DNA of 64,000 bases from Octopus sinensis (lineage: Eukaryota), in contig NC_042998.1 in NCBI RefSeq assembly GCF_006345805.1, forward strand, positions 201,934,001 to 201,998,000, given 5' to 3'. The position numbers and the translations under genes are program-made. The stretch's first letter is position 1, and each line of letters starts with the position of its first letter. Below are positions 28,891 to 42,079 of this stretch, piece after piece. Under the pieces are notes generated by a model. The model was not told where the DNA came from. It was given only the letters and a program-made list of their open reading frames with translations, and ran no database searches.

Positions 28891-31173
28891 CAGCAACAGC
28901 AGCAACAGCAACAGCATCTATCACGATGGTAGCAGCGTGGGTGAACACACAAACGCAGCGAAGTACAAGAAAGGTACATAAAGTCAGTGTAAAGGGCAGC
29001 AGCAGAGCCAACGGTGTAGGGGAGTGCTACTAAAAACAATGACACTCCACACACACACACATACAAACACACTCACACAAATGTACATACACACACGCAT
29101 ACAAACAGAGACACATGTGCATGTATGGATACACATCATAGAAGAACAGAATGGAATAAGCAGAGTAAGTTTACACACAAAGACGGCAAGTGTTACTGAG
29201 GAGGTCATAGATGTGTGACGAACGATTTCTAGACAATAGACATGAGTTAGAATTAGAACAGTAATAAAAGAGTGAAAAACGAATATATAATGCGTGTGTT
29301 AATTTGACACACGCACACACACACGCACGCACACACACACACACACACACACTCACTTTCATTTGTGTAGGTGTGCTGGGACACACCATTGTTGTGAGCC
29401 TAAGGTTATTTACTTTCATTTCCCCGAACCTCACGCTGTACTTATTAATGATAGGTGTTATCAACTCTTTGTTTGTGTCCTTGACGTCGTGGGGATTCAT
29501 GTTTTACATAAAATTAAAATTTGTATGAATCATTTTTTAATAGATAAGCATCGATGTCTCATAGAAATGTGATGTATTTTTCCAAAGCTCTCGACCCTAA
29601 ACATCTCACCTGTTAATGTTACAATACTGTATCCGTACTCTATATTACGTTCAGAATTCGGTAGTATCCGGCGGCGTCCAACACCCAAATCACATTTTAG
29701 AGCTTTCTTTACCGATATTCTATAGGAACTAGAGCCAGGACTGGAAGTTACGACGTTTCATATAAGGATGACGTCAAAGCAAACTATGCGATCGTAGATA
29801 GAACACTAGGTAATGGTTGTATGTTCAAGCTGATGTAACCTGGACGGATACCTTTCGGGACTTACGGCCTTCGATGCTGATCTACAGAAATACACTCTGG
29901 GCATAGGAAGTTCATCAATTTTTCCAAGTCTTTATTTTTCCGAAAGGGTACAGCGATTCCACCTTCCGGTATTCGTTGAGGTTTAAATTTGTTCAACTTG
30001 TTGTTGTCGCAGATGTGCCCGAAGTTTCACGTTTCCGGAAATTCTGCATTCGTTCATCCACGTAAAATCATGTTCTCGATTGTGATTCGGGTAATAATTA
30101 TTAGGAAATTAGTTATTAGATTTCTCTCATAGTAGGTCATGGCATCATAATTATTAATAAGTATATCTATAGAGTGCTTTGGTGAATTCTTACCGTGAAC
30201 ATCTAATTATACTTCACCCAATGTCAATGTATGAGTAATGAATATTTGCATTCCGTTTTGCAGTTTGTACTGTGAGAGTAGCACATTTTATTTTGTTTTT
30301 GGTGGGGAAGTTTATTATGATTGTGTATTTGACTTATTTTCATCCTTTATTTACAGATTGGTTCGTAGTTATTTTTGCCTATGTTGACTGACAACTTCTT
30401 AATATCTTTATACCTACGCACTTACGAAAAATATCTTATACATCTTTAAATCTGGAGGAAAAAGTCGCTGCTCATATATTTAATGAAAACAATACTAAAA
30501 ACGATCTTACTGTTTATTAGAATCATTATTATTATCAATATTTTATTACTGATAATAAAAATAATAAGAGCTATAATTGGAATAATAATGGTAATAATAA
30601 TATTGTTAGTTGGAGCAATTTTAGTAATTTTATGAATAACAAATTTGTAACGTCGAAAAATAATAGAAGACTAATTATTCACATTATAAGATTTTATATG
30701 CTGTTGGAATATGAAAAAATCAGCAAATACATTGAAAGACCTAAAGATTCCATCACGTGTTATACATGAATTGAATTAATTACACTACTATAATATCTAA
30801 CGTCTAAACTACATTTGCCAAAAGAGTAATGAATAAAGTTTTACATGCTTCCACTCTGTCCTTTCGTGTAACTCACCAAGAAACGTAAAGGTTGTGATTT
30901 TCTGCTTCGTAGTCAATTTGTCAAATTATATTCAATTGAATATCGGAGAATTTTAAATAATTTTAAGATTTTAGGTGTCACTTCAGTAAGAGGTAAATGA
31001 ATGTATAAAAGAACATGTAAAATATTTAGGAATTCAATTCGGTTTTGGCTTCTTTATATCAGAGATAAAGCAGCAGTCATTGTGTTGCTAAATTCAGATA
31101 TGCGGATATTAAATAACTAAATTAAAAAAGAAGCACACACACACGCATAAACACATACACACAAACATATTAT

Positions 31174-31225
<52 letters not shown>

Positions 31226-31355
31226 GATATAAATATATTTATATACTAATATGAGAATACTTACATATAACATATATAAACATATACATATATACATATA
31301 TCTACATATATATATATATATATTATATATATATATATATATATGTGTGTATGTA

Positions 31356-31395
<40 letters not shown>

Positions 31396-31848
31396 TATAT
31401 ATACATATATATATATTATGTATATATGTATAGGTATATATACATACACACAAAGGCATAAGTAATATGTGTGAGTGTGTATGCCCTTCTATATGCGTGG
31501 AGTTGAATATATGCATGTCTCTGTTTCCAAATTTATTTATATGTATCGTTATGCGCATTTATTCGACCTTTTTATTTTCACATGTAAAACTGACCGTCAT
31601 CACAACCTACTCCTCATTCACATCGTTTAATTACGGGTGTCTTATGCTTCCTGTAAAACAAACTTAGGCATGGAAAGTAAGCCGCCCTGGTGGATATATA
31701 CATATACTATACAACCTCCATTGGCAGCAAAGTGTCTAAACTTTAAGTAATATAATAGAACTAATTATTGGGAAAGGAATAGAGATTTGCAAGATATGTT
31801 GCCCGATATACAAATAACAACAAAAGTGTTTTAATCTGCAGTGATAAT

Positions 31849-33649
31849 GAGCACATCTTCCAAAACCTGTAATCGCAAAATTACAAAAATGGAGCCGTGT
31901 CTTCAGAAATGTAACGGCGCCAATACAACGAACGTAGAACGAGAGGATGCCTTTCAGTGATATAGATGCTGCAAGCACTCGTCCTCCTTTTCGAATTAAC
32001 ATTTTCATTAGTGAGACGCTTCTTGGAAGAACACATTTTATTTTTTTTTTTTGTAGTTATTTTCATAAGGAAACTTTAAATTGCCAGTTAATATTTGACC
32101 AAGATGTTCAGTATTTTTTCTTAATCTTTCCAAACAACTTTGCCAAAATGTCCTCGATTAACTTTTGAACAATTTTATACATAAGTCACTTCATTTTTGA
32201 TGGATATATGAGCACCTCTTCCAAAACCTGTAATCGCAAAATTACAAAAATGGAGCCGTGTCTTCAGAAATGTAACGGCGCCAATACAACGAACGTAGAA
32301 CGAGAGGATGCCTTTCAGTGATGTAGATGCTGCAAGCACTCGTCCTCCTTTTCAAATTAACATTTTCATTAGTGAGACGCTTGTTGGAAGAAAACATTTT
32401 ACATTTTTTTGTAGTTGTTTTCATAAGGAAACTTTAAATTGCCAATGAATGTTTGACCAAGATGTTCAGTATTTTTTCTTAATCTTTCCAAACAACTTTG
32501 CCAAAATGTCCTCGATTAACTTTTGAACAATTTTATACACAAGTCACTTCATTTTTGATGGATATATGAGCACCTCTTCCAAAACCTGTAATCGCAAAAT
32601 TACAAAAATGGAGCCATATCTTCACAAATGTAACGGCGCCAATACAACGACCGTAGAACGAGAGGATGCCTTTCAGTGATATAGATGCTGCAAGCACTCG
32701 TCCTCCTTTTCGAATTAACATTTTCATTAGTGAGACGCTTCTTGGAAGAAAACATTTTACATTTTTTTTGTAGTTGTTTTCATAAGGAAACTTTAAATTG
32801 CCAATGAATGTTTGACCAAGATGTTCAGTATTTTTTCTTAATCTTTCCAAACAACTTTGCCAAAATGTCCTCGATTAACTTTTGAACAATTTTATACATA
32901 AGTCACTTCATTTTCGATGGATATATGAGCACCTCTTCCAAAACCTGTAATCGCAAAATTACAAAAATGGAGCCATATCTTCACAAATGTAACGGCGCCA
33001 ATACAACGAACGTAGAACGAGAGGATGCCTTTCAGTGATGTAGATGCTGCAAGCACTCGTCCTCCTTTTCAAATTAACATTTTCATTAGTGAGACGCTTG
33101 TTGGAAGAAAACATTTTACATTTTTTTGTAGTTGTTTTCATAAGGAAACTTTAAATTGCCAATGAATGTTTGACCAAGATGTTCAGTATTTTTTCTTAAT
33201 CTTTCCAAACAACTTTGCCAAAATGTCCTCGATTAACTTTTGAACAATTTTATACACAAGTCACTTTATTTTTGATGGATATATGAGCACCTCTTCCAAA
33301 ACCTATAATCGCAAAATTACAAAAATGGAGCCATATCTTCACAAATGTAACGGCGCCAATACAACGAACGTAGAACGAGAGGATGCCTTTCAGTGCTGTA
33401 GATGCTGCAAGCACTCGTCCTCCTTTTCAAATTAACATTTTCATTAGTGAGACGCTTCTTGGAAGAAAACATTTTACATTTTTTTGTAGTTGTTTTCATA
33501 AGGAAACTTTAAATTGCCAACCAATGAATGTTTGACCAAGATGTTCAGTATTTTTTCTTAATCTTTCCACACAACTTTGCCAAAATGTCCTCGATTAAAT
33601 TTTGAACAATTTCATACACAAGTCACTTCATTTGTGATGGATATATGAG
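31849..33649. repeat. Tandem array of five ~359 bp units
   Basis: Unit starts (gagcac) at 31849, 32210, 32568, 32927 and 33285, ending at atgag 33649. Units are highly similar. The repeated 60-aa ORFs in the track are copies of the unit. Confidence 0.97.
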
Positions 33650-34364
33650 TATTATTCACCTATTTAAAGCGCTCTTATTATATCCTAGAGCTTTTGCTTA
33701 CACAGCATTCACAAAAACATCACTAATTACCCATTGTATACTCCACCACATTTGCGAGAATTCAAGCTCGTTACATATGTCAATCATTTTCTTCTTCTAT
33801 TATTGGCTGTCATTAATGATAACATTGATCTACCAAGCAGATAATAACATGTTTATCTCTTGAATCGTATTCAAGGCTAAGCACGCTTCACAAACAACCT
33901 AAACGCTTCAATGTCATACATGTATTGTTTAAAGGAACAAAGACCAGGTCAACTTCGAGTTTGTTTTGCTGCTGGTTCTCTCAATTACTACTTCTCTATT
34001 GTCCTCTGTTTCTTAGAAATAACAAGTTACTGAGCGTTGACAGCATTTTTACTGCGATAGGTCTCATCACTTCTCTAATCACCATCACTTGCTAAACACT
34101 ATGTATATTATACATATACTGACGCAGTATCGTTGGACCCTGGGTGTTATGTTTATGCTATACATTAAAACTAGCAACAAAATACAACTGAGTGGGTCGC
34201 ACGTTTTTTATATAGGTAATACATATATGAAAATGGACCCATGCACTCTGTACACGCATATACACACACAGACGCTCACATACAGATATGTATGCACACA
34301 TACATGCATACACATACGCACGTATAGATGTATACAGAAGGCATGCATATATGCACACACATAC

Positions 34365-34415
<51 letters not shown>

Positions 34416-34639
34416 CAAACGCACTCGCGCACACACACACATACATATAATTACTTAAGTATATATATGTGTGTGTATGTATATATATATATATATACAT
34501 ATATTCATGCACACACACACACTCACACACACACACACACACATATATATTTATATTATTTCTTTCTTTATTTATTTATCTAGTTTCAGCTCACAAGCTG
34601 TGGCCATGCTGGGGCACCGCCATTTTGTGTTGCTACATG

Positions 34640-35150
34640 ATTTTACTTCACGAATGCTTTTTAGCAAGTGTCATTTGGTGCATGAGAAAGTTCGATGCAG
34701 CTGCCCTCATCTGTACCTCCTGCCGTGAAATTGGTTCATCTGGGATACCTGACAAGAAGAGATCCAGTTTCATTTTAAAGACATCTGCGTCCACCCCACG
34801 CAGGTCTCTTAGGTTCTTCGGGAAGATATTGAAGAGCTGTGGGCCTCGGAAGCCCAGGCTATCACAGTATCTTGTCCAACATCTTGATGGCAAATTTGGA
34901 GTCCTTGGCACTATACAGTGGCGCCCAGGTCTATTTTGTGTAACTCTCGATGCCAAAGTTTGGGACAAGTCCTTCTAGGATCTTCCAGATGTATATTATG
35001 GCATATCTTTCTGGCCTACGCTCTAAGGAATAGAGTCTCAATCTCTTGAGTCTTTCCCAATAGCTTATATGCTGCACAGAGGCTATCTTCTTCGTGTAGC
35101 TTCGTTGGATCACCTCAAGTTCTGTGATTAACTTGACACTGGATATTATG
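34640..35150 (-). mobile_element. CR1/L2-superclade LINE 3' fragment
   Basis: ELEVIQRSYTKKI..SYWERLKRLRLYSLERRPERYAIIYIWKILEGLVPN..SLGFRGPQLFN..FKMKLDLFLSGIPDEP, the typical post-RT C-terminus of CR1/L2-type ORF2. Confidence 0.85.
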
Positions 35151-35213
35151 CAGAAAATATTATTAAATATATAAAAATCCCATCCTAACGTTATTTTTAG
35201 TATTATGTTATAT

Positions 35214-35264
<51 letters not shown>

Positions 35265-35329
35265 GTGATTAATGAGCCCTGTTCTTGGCAAACATACATG
35301 TCTGCAAAGATTGCAGACCAAGCTTTTCC

Positions 35330-36510
35330 CATTCATTACACTACCAAGGTGTCTTCGAGCTGCACGCGTAAATTCTTAATGAAGAATACGTGATCTTTAA
35401 AGACATTGACTCCCTTCTTTACCTGTTTCCTCCATCCGTGGCCATGACAAGCATTTGCCTCCATGTCAGTCTCCTGCATTTCATAGGCCTTCAATAAGGA
35501 GTTTATACAATCATTAAATCGCAGCCTTGGCTTCAGCCGGGATCGCTTTCCACTATTAAGTTCCCGATATAACATCTGTTTAGGAATCAATTCATTCTAA
35601 CAAGGTGTCCAATGTACCTGATGTTCATGCACCATCATCTCAATACTCAGGATATCGGCTTTCTTTGGGACCTGTGTATCTGGAGTTTTTGAGGTCCAGT
35701 GAACACGAAGTATGTGTAGGTCCATATCTCACGCGAGTAAACAACAGATGTCAGTACATATGCGCAATGCACACCAATTTTTTTTCGCCTTGTGATATCA
35801 TACTGGGACCAGACACGAGACTGAATATACCTAAAGGAATCAGTTGCTCTCTGCAGCCTGAAAAATGCTTCCTCATCCAGGGATCCAGAACGGTTGAGTG
35901 AGCATTCGAGGCAGACAAACTTGTCTACCACTTTCAGTATTGTTCCTTCAGCTAAAATAGCTGATACCACATCTGCGTTTCTTGGTGCAGGCACGAACAT
36001 TACAAGTCTTCCCAAGCTAACGCTGTGTCCAAATACCTTGCAAGAAGCAGAAATATGATTCACAAGTATTTGCATATCATCTGCTGTATGAGTGACTAAG
36101 TGACACTCATCTGCGTAAAGGGGGTCACGAAAAAGAAAGTGAAAAACTTTTGAATTGGCAGAGAATCGACACAGGTTAAAAAGACGGCCAGAAGATCAAT
36201 ACCCAACATGTATCCCAGAAGAGCTGTCCAGAGCAAATGCATGATTAAGAGTAGCAGCAATGTACAGAGAAAAGAGAGTTGGAGCAAGGATGTCACCCTG
36301 GCTGACACGATTCTCTATAGGAATGGGTCCCGCCATCCCACCAGCAACATTGACCCCTAGCTTCCAGCCCATCATGAAAGGATTTGATTATTGATGCAAA
36401 GTGTTCTGGACATCCAAGTTTGCCAAGTATTTTCCAGAAGGCGGCCCTATTCACAGTATCAAAGGCCTTGACTAAAATCAATGAATATCCATATTCTGCT
36501 CGTAACACGT
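35330..36510 (-). mobile_element. RTE-clade LINE fragment (RT and 3' region)
   Basis: LVKAFDTVNRAAFWKILGKLGCPEHF, DPLYADECHLVTH, SLDEEAFFRLQRA, PKQMLYRELNSGKRSRLKPRLRFNDCI. Related to 18780-21665. Confidence 0.9.
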
Positions 36511-38903
36511 CTCCTGCATGTGTGTCTGTCTATAATTAGTGCCCACGCTATCGCCTAACGCAACTACACAAATTATCCATTTATTCTCTTTCCTTACACT
36601 GTAGAGAGAAAAATACATTGATTAGAAATATAAATGAACTGCATGTTCATTCTGTCTTGTTTATCTAGCTTATTCTTACTCCTTCTCTTTCTCCCTCCCT
36701 CTATCTTACTCTCTTTCTTTCTTTATTTCTTTCTCTCCCTCTCTCTCTCTCTCTCTGACTAACACACGCACATGCGTGCATGCACAGTACATCAGTTTGG
36801 TAATGAATGACTTACTGTAAAAGAAAATGGATAAGTACCAATAAGTAAATGCACCCATATATTATATGATATTCAATTCTTGTTGATCCCCCACCCATGT
36901 CAAAGATCGCATCATCTCCAACAGATATTGGGAACTGGGAAATTATAATTTATTTGAATGATTAATTGAAAAAAAAAAGAAATTGATTTATTCTAGAATA
37001 AACAAAATGCGGGTAAAAGAAAAGAGCTGTGAAAATAAAAACATAAACTCTTGTTGAAATATGATATTTTTAAATGCACTGATACAAAAACGCTATACCA
37101 ACTTAAATGGAGATCACACTGTTACAAGCATTCGTACCAAGTCTGGTTTCAGATCTCCTTCTCTTCTGGACTACGCCTGCACAATGTTAAGGCCATTCAT
37201 CTCTCCCTCTCCTTTAACTAAGGCTTCGAAAAGAGGCATTTGTCTTTACTGAAAATGTTTCAAACCGATGACAATTAAGCCCTTTAAGGGTTTATTTATT
37301 CATTCATTTATTTCATCTTTTATTGTGATTCACTCTTAAGTCATCTATTCTAAAAAGTTTGTTTAGCCGAGGTAACCTTTGGGATACAACTGATTCATGT
37401 GAATAGCCTTCAGAACTGAAGCAGCTATAAATGAAGTGAATATATTAACCAGTAGGGACAAGATGTGGAGAATGCGCAAATATATTAATCAGAAGAATAC
37501 ATTTAACAAACACAAATTGGGATCTGATTTAGAGGAGTCTATCACATAGAACCCCTTTACAAGTTTATTTCTAGCACGCTGCTTTATATACGCACGTGGC
37601 TGAATCCATATAATAACAAATTATTTTCATGATGTCAAGAAAATTATCTCCACGATTCCTTTTCTCCACATGGCTAATAGAAACATGTTTTCTTATTATA
37701 CTTCTCTATCATCCTATGCAGTCACTTGTACTTTTCAATTACAAACCACGTGCACCTCAACAATTTTCATACTCATCGCCTCAGCATATATGACGCATGA
37801 GAAACAAACGAAGCCAGAAGTCATTAGCAGATACTTCAAAGTTACTGTTGATATATATCACTAAATATACCCTGAGTGAATACCTAGAATATTCAATGAC
37901 AAAATTAAACATTGATCTTAGCCATATGTTGTTTGAGTCAATGTTTTCTTTTTATCATTATTATTTGCATCAAAACAAAATATTGCAAATGACTATTACA
38001 GCCACAAATTGTGAGGGTAATAATGTATTTGAAGGAAGTATTATTACGTCAAGCAGTACTTTTTTCATGTAGGTCGAAACAACTCCAACAGAATGCGCAA
38101 CTTTTATGCCGTACTCTACTAAATATGCCTGAAAATTTAGGAATTTTCACCAGGTCAGGCATTCCTTCAGAACCTGCATTGTAATTTATACTGTATGGTC
38201 ATTGGTGAATACAAACATCGTATATGGTATCAAATGAAGAATGCGAGAGAACTGCGATATATATATATATACATATATATATAAACGGGTGATATAAAAG
38301 AAACGAAGTGCTGGCCCAGTATGACGCACAGAGTCTTAAAAACGTTAATAGTTTAATATTTATTTTAAATAAAAACAGAAAATTGTGAGAAAATGCCCTC
38401 AGAGGGTTAGATGCATCCTAGGGAAATGGAAATCTCAGCTTACGTATTAGGAACCATTTTTGAGAATTTCCTTTTCGAGCGCCTCCTTACATCAGTCACA
38501 TTTGTTTCTTTTTATAATTAATTTACTTTGTTTCCCGCTTTTGTATGTGTGTGTATGTTTGTGTATGCGCGTATTGGTGCACGTGTGTTGGTGTGCATGT
38601 GTGCATGTATGTATGTGTCTGTGCATGTTTGTGCGTGTGTTGTGTGTGTGTGTTTTCTTTCTAATGATATAACCAACTTTATTTTTTTGCTTTTCTTTCT
38701 ATCTGTTTTTCCTTCCAGTTTTTATTATTCTTATCTTTATATTTATGGACTTAAACCAATTGAGTTTGCTCAACCATTATCGCCAAATTCAAATCGATTA
38801 TTAGCTTAAGTTCACAGATTGAACGTTCATGTTTACATGGTTATTAGTCTTCAACTTATAGGATTAAAAAATAAACTTGCTTCGTTTAATCAAACATCGT
38901 ACA

Positions 38904-38960
<57 letters not shown>

Positions 38961-39280
38961 AATTTGGACATTCGGCCATGCATTTCTCACTTAGTAGAAG
39001 GAACTAAATTTCGTCTCGTATTATCTCTGCCTGTTTCAACTCACATTAACTTGAAATTTTACGCGTTATGCAGCCAGATTTGAGGAATAGAATATAACCA
39101 TATTTCCTTAGTAGCGCTACGTCTTACACGAAACCAGTGGTAACAGTGTTATAAGGAATTGAAGTGAATAAAGACGGTGAGCTTTTTACTATACAGGAAA
39201 GGTATTGGAGAGTGGTCGAAAAGTTTCACTTCAGTTTGTCCGGCACGCCATCCCAGCCTTGACAAAACAAGTAGTCATGA

Positions 39281-39637
39281 CGACCAGGGTTCCAGTTGAT
39301 CGGATCAACGGAACAGCCTGCTCATGAAATTAAAGTGCACGTGGTTGAGCACTCCACACACACATGTACCCTTAACGTAGTTCTCGCGGATATTCAGCGT
39401 GACACAGAGTTTGACAAGGCTGGCCCTTTGAAATACAGGTACAACAGAAACAGGAACAAAGAGTAAGGGAAAGTTGTGATGAAAGAATAAAGCAGGGTTC
39501 ACCGCCAACCCTTGTCGGAATCTCGTGTAGCTTTAGGAGTTTTAGCTCAATAAACAGTCACAACGCACGATGTGAGAATCGAAACCGCGATCATTGATCG
39601 CTAATCTGCTGCCCTAAACACTGGTTCATGCGCCTCC
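39281..39637 (-). mobile_element. tRNA-derived SINE, third family, tail variant C
   Basis: Head ggaggcgcatgaaccagtgtttagggcagc..gcggtttcgattc. Long tail ..cacgctgaatatccgcgagaactacgttaagggtac..ctgttccgttgatccgatcaactggaaccc. Confidence 0.85.
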
Positions 39638-39640
39638 CGT

Positions 39641-41428
39641 TCTTAGATACTCGTGTTTCATGTGGTCTAACAACTATACTGCTATATCGATGTGAGCGTT
39701 ATAAGAATCCTACATTTAAGAATTACAACAGTGACGACGAGTAATTAACAAACTCACGAGGAGTTACGAAACACACAAAAATATTTTGCGCGAATTTTAC
39801 AGGGAAAAGAAAAAACGTACGTTTCGGAAAATTTGTTGGCCTACATGCTCGAGTTGCAAAAACAGCAACAAAAGCAACTGGTACTACTGTAAGAACAGCA
39901 ACAATTATTATTACAGCAAAAAATGCTGCAATTAATGAATAGTAAGTCGTCAGGAAATGCTGTAAAAATGTTCTCACCAAATTATATTGCGAACTCGATA
40001 ACAGACAAAGGAATTACCTTCGAGGCGTAGTATGGAAGATACGAACAAATCTTCGATGTAGAGTGCAAAGATTGGTCGATTGTATGTAAATGCATTTAAT
40101 CTCAAGAAAATTGGCAGAAGGAGAACATGAATGTTACAGTAACAACGTACTCCCAAAGAAACCTTCTTAAAGATACAATAGACATGTTGTATAAAATTTT
40201 TAGTGAGAAAACCTCGTTGTTTAATACACTTTGGAAATGTTTGAACCTGGAAAAGAACAATGGGGAGCACTACATCACATATGCTGGTAGAGTTATCAGG
40301 AAAAACGACAAGTACAAGCTGAACACGTCGGATATGTTCAATCGTCTGATATTTACTCAGGGACAAACTGTAGAAATAGAGGCAGAAGTAGGAACAAGAA
40401 CTCTTGCTAAACTGGAACAAGATCAAACTGTACCGTTACAAGTGTCAGAAGAGTGTAAAAGAAAAGTAAATTTAAGACACGACACAGAGAAAATTGAATA
40501 TAAAGATTCTCCTAAGTGAAACAAGTGCGAAATAAGAACAAACAGGACACGAATCAGCAAAGAAGTCTGTGTTTTGCATGTGTAGGCCGATACCTGAGAA
40601 TTTTTTTTATTTATTTAAGAAAGAAGAATGATTCAGTTGCGGAAAATTTGGACATATGAAAACCAAGTTGACAATACGTTAGGACAAAGAAGTATGTCAT
40701 GGAAACGAAATGGTAATATAACAAAGAGAAAATTCGTAAATTTGTAAATTAAAAATATCAGAGTAAAAATACAATTACACTTGGGAAGTGATATTACCAT
40801 TGTAAATGAAGAAACTTGGAAGTATGTCTGTAAGCCGAAATTAATTAAAGCTACAAAAGTGGCACATGGGGTTACTGGCAAAATATAGGTTTTTCGTTGG
40901 TGAATTTTTGTTCAATGTAGCATTTCGTGACCAAATTAAAGTTGCAAAAATATATGCACTACAACATTCAATTAATCTATTCGACATAGAGTGGATGGAA
41001 TTGTTCAAATAGTGGAATATGTGTATTGGCCCAAAATTGATAGTGAAATCGAAATTTCCGTGAAAGGCTGTAGAGGATGTGCTCTGGCAACAAAATTACC
41101 CACGATAAAAAGTGAACTTTGACCAAAATATAGATGCACCGTGGTCGAAACTATACATCGATTTCGCTGGTCCTTTAAACAAAAGTACTGGTCCTTTAAA
41201 TAAAAGAAATAGAATGACACTCCTTGAGAAAGCAAGAAAAACTCAAAAGGGGAGATACCCCTCTCGTGTGATGTGTGGTGTGTGCTAGTCGCTATAGATA
41301 AGGTGACATCGGTCATTATAAGCAGAGAGTACGAAATAGACTTTCATAGATAGTCGTGTCTTTACTCGTCTAACTGCTATAGCGAAGTGGGCGTTATAAC
41401 AATCCTACAATTAAGAGTTATAAAACCT
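39641..41428 (+). mobile_element. Internally deleted Ty3/Gypsy LTR retrotransposon (gag, protease, integrase start; RT/RNase H missing)
   Basis: LTR direct repeats at 39644-39730 and 41347-41426. PBS-like gtgacgacgag at 39731 and PPT aaaaggggaga at 41245. Gag IFSEKTSLFNTLWKCLNLEK, protease LHLGSDITIVNEETWK, integrase PWSKLYIDFAGPL. Confidence 0.88.
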
Positions 41429-41454
41429 TAATAAGCTAGTTCTAATGGTTTTTA

Positions 41455-41985
41455 CAGGTTCAGTAAAACTATTTCCTTTCGGCTGTGTCAAAGAGTTTTC
41501 CCAAGCTCATGACTACTTGTTTTATCAAGGCTGGGATGCGTGCTGGACAAACTGAAGTGAAACTTTTCGACCACTCTCCAAACTCTTAGCGCAAAAGACC
41601 TCGATTTTTATGGTTTCAAGTTAATCCTTACCCATGAAATAATTTTCTCGAATCTTTGAAAGATCACCCTGCCATCAGCAACTGCCGATATTGTTCAAGT
41701 CAGATCGTAAATGGAGAATGCTCTATGTGGCTGTTGCACGCCGGATTTGAACTGATTTGAGCACCATGTACAGGGCTAAGGGGAAAAGGATTACAAAGAA
41801 GGTGCAGCCAGTTATAACATAATTTTCCAACATGAGCTACTTGGATGCTGTAGGTCCAGAGACTACTCTCATCTGGAAGCTGCGATAATAATCCCGAATG
41901 AGATCCATGACATTCCTGGGGTCGTGGTATCTTCGAAGAGCCTCAATTTCAAGCTTGTGTGACCCGTAAGAATTTCCATAATATA
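41455..41985 (-). mobile_element. RT fragment of an R2-group (HERO/NeSL-like) non-LTR retrotransposon
   Basis: The minus frame reads YGSHKLEIEALRRYHDPRNVMDLIRDYYRSFQMRVVSG..LENYVITGCTFFVILFPLALYMVLKS..VMSLGKLFD. This matches my recollection of HERO-type RT (YGSIPHKL..GIITGCTISVILF..KSLGK.FD). Confidence 0.75.
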
Positions 41986-42046
41986 GCTATAGAAACACCG
42001 GATCTCAACTTTGTTTTCCCATATATATATATATATATAATATATA

Positions 42047-42079
<33 letters not shown>

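Noticed and set aside
31849-33649. CRISPR-like array, or HHR array (CTGAAGA on minus in units 1-2)
   Set aside because: Units are ~359 bp and contiguous with no unique spacers, and no cas genes are present. The CTGAAGA has no stem II or GAAA and is lost in units 3-5.
37290-38250. Candidate exons (TEAAINEV.. on +, AYLVEYGIK.. on -)
   Set aside because: Short open frames with an acceptor-like site but no convincing donor, partner exon or recognisable homology.
41655-41985. Cytochrome P450-like words on the + strand (HAGFE, NMSYLDAV..ET, DP*EFP)
   Set aside because: The minus strand gives a longer, mostly single-frame match to HERO/R2-group reverse transcriptase. The P450 resemblance is scattered over frames and looks coincidental.
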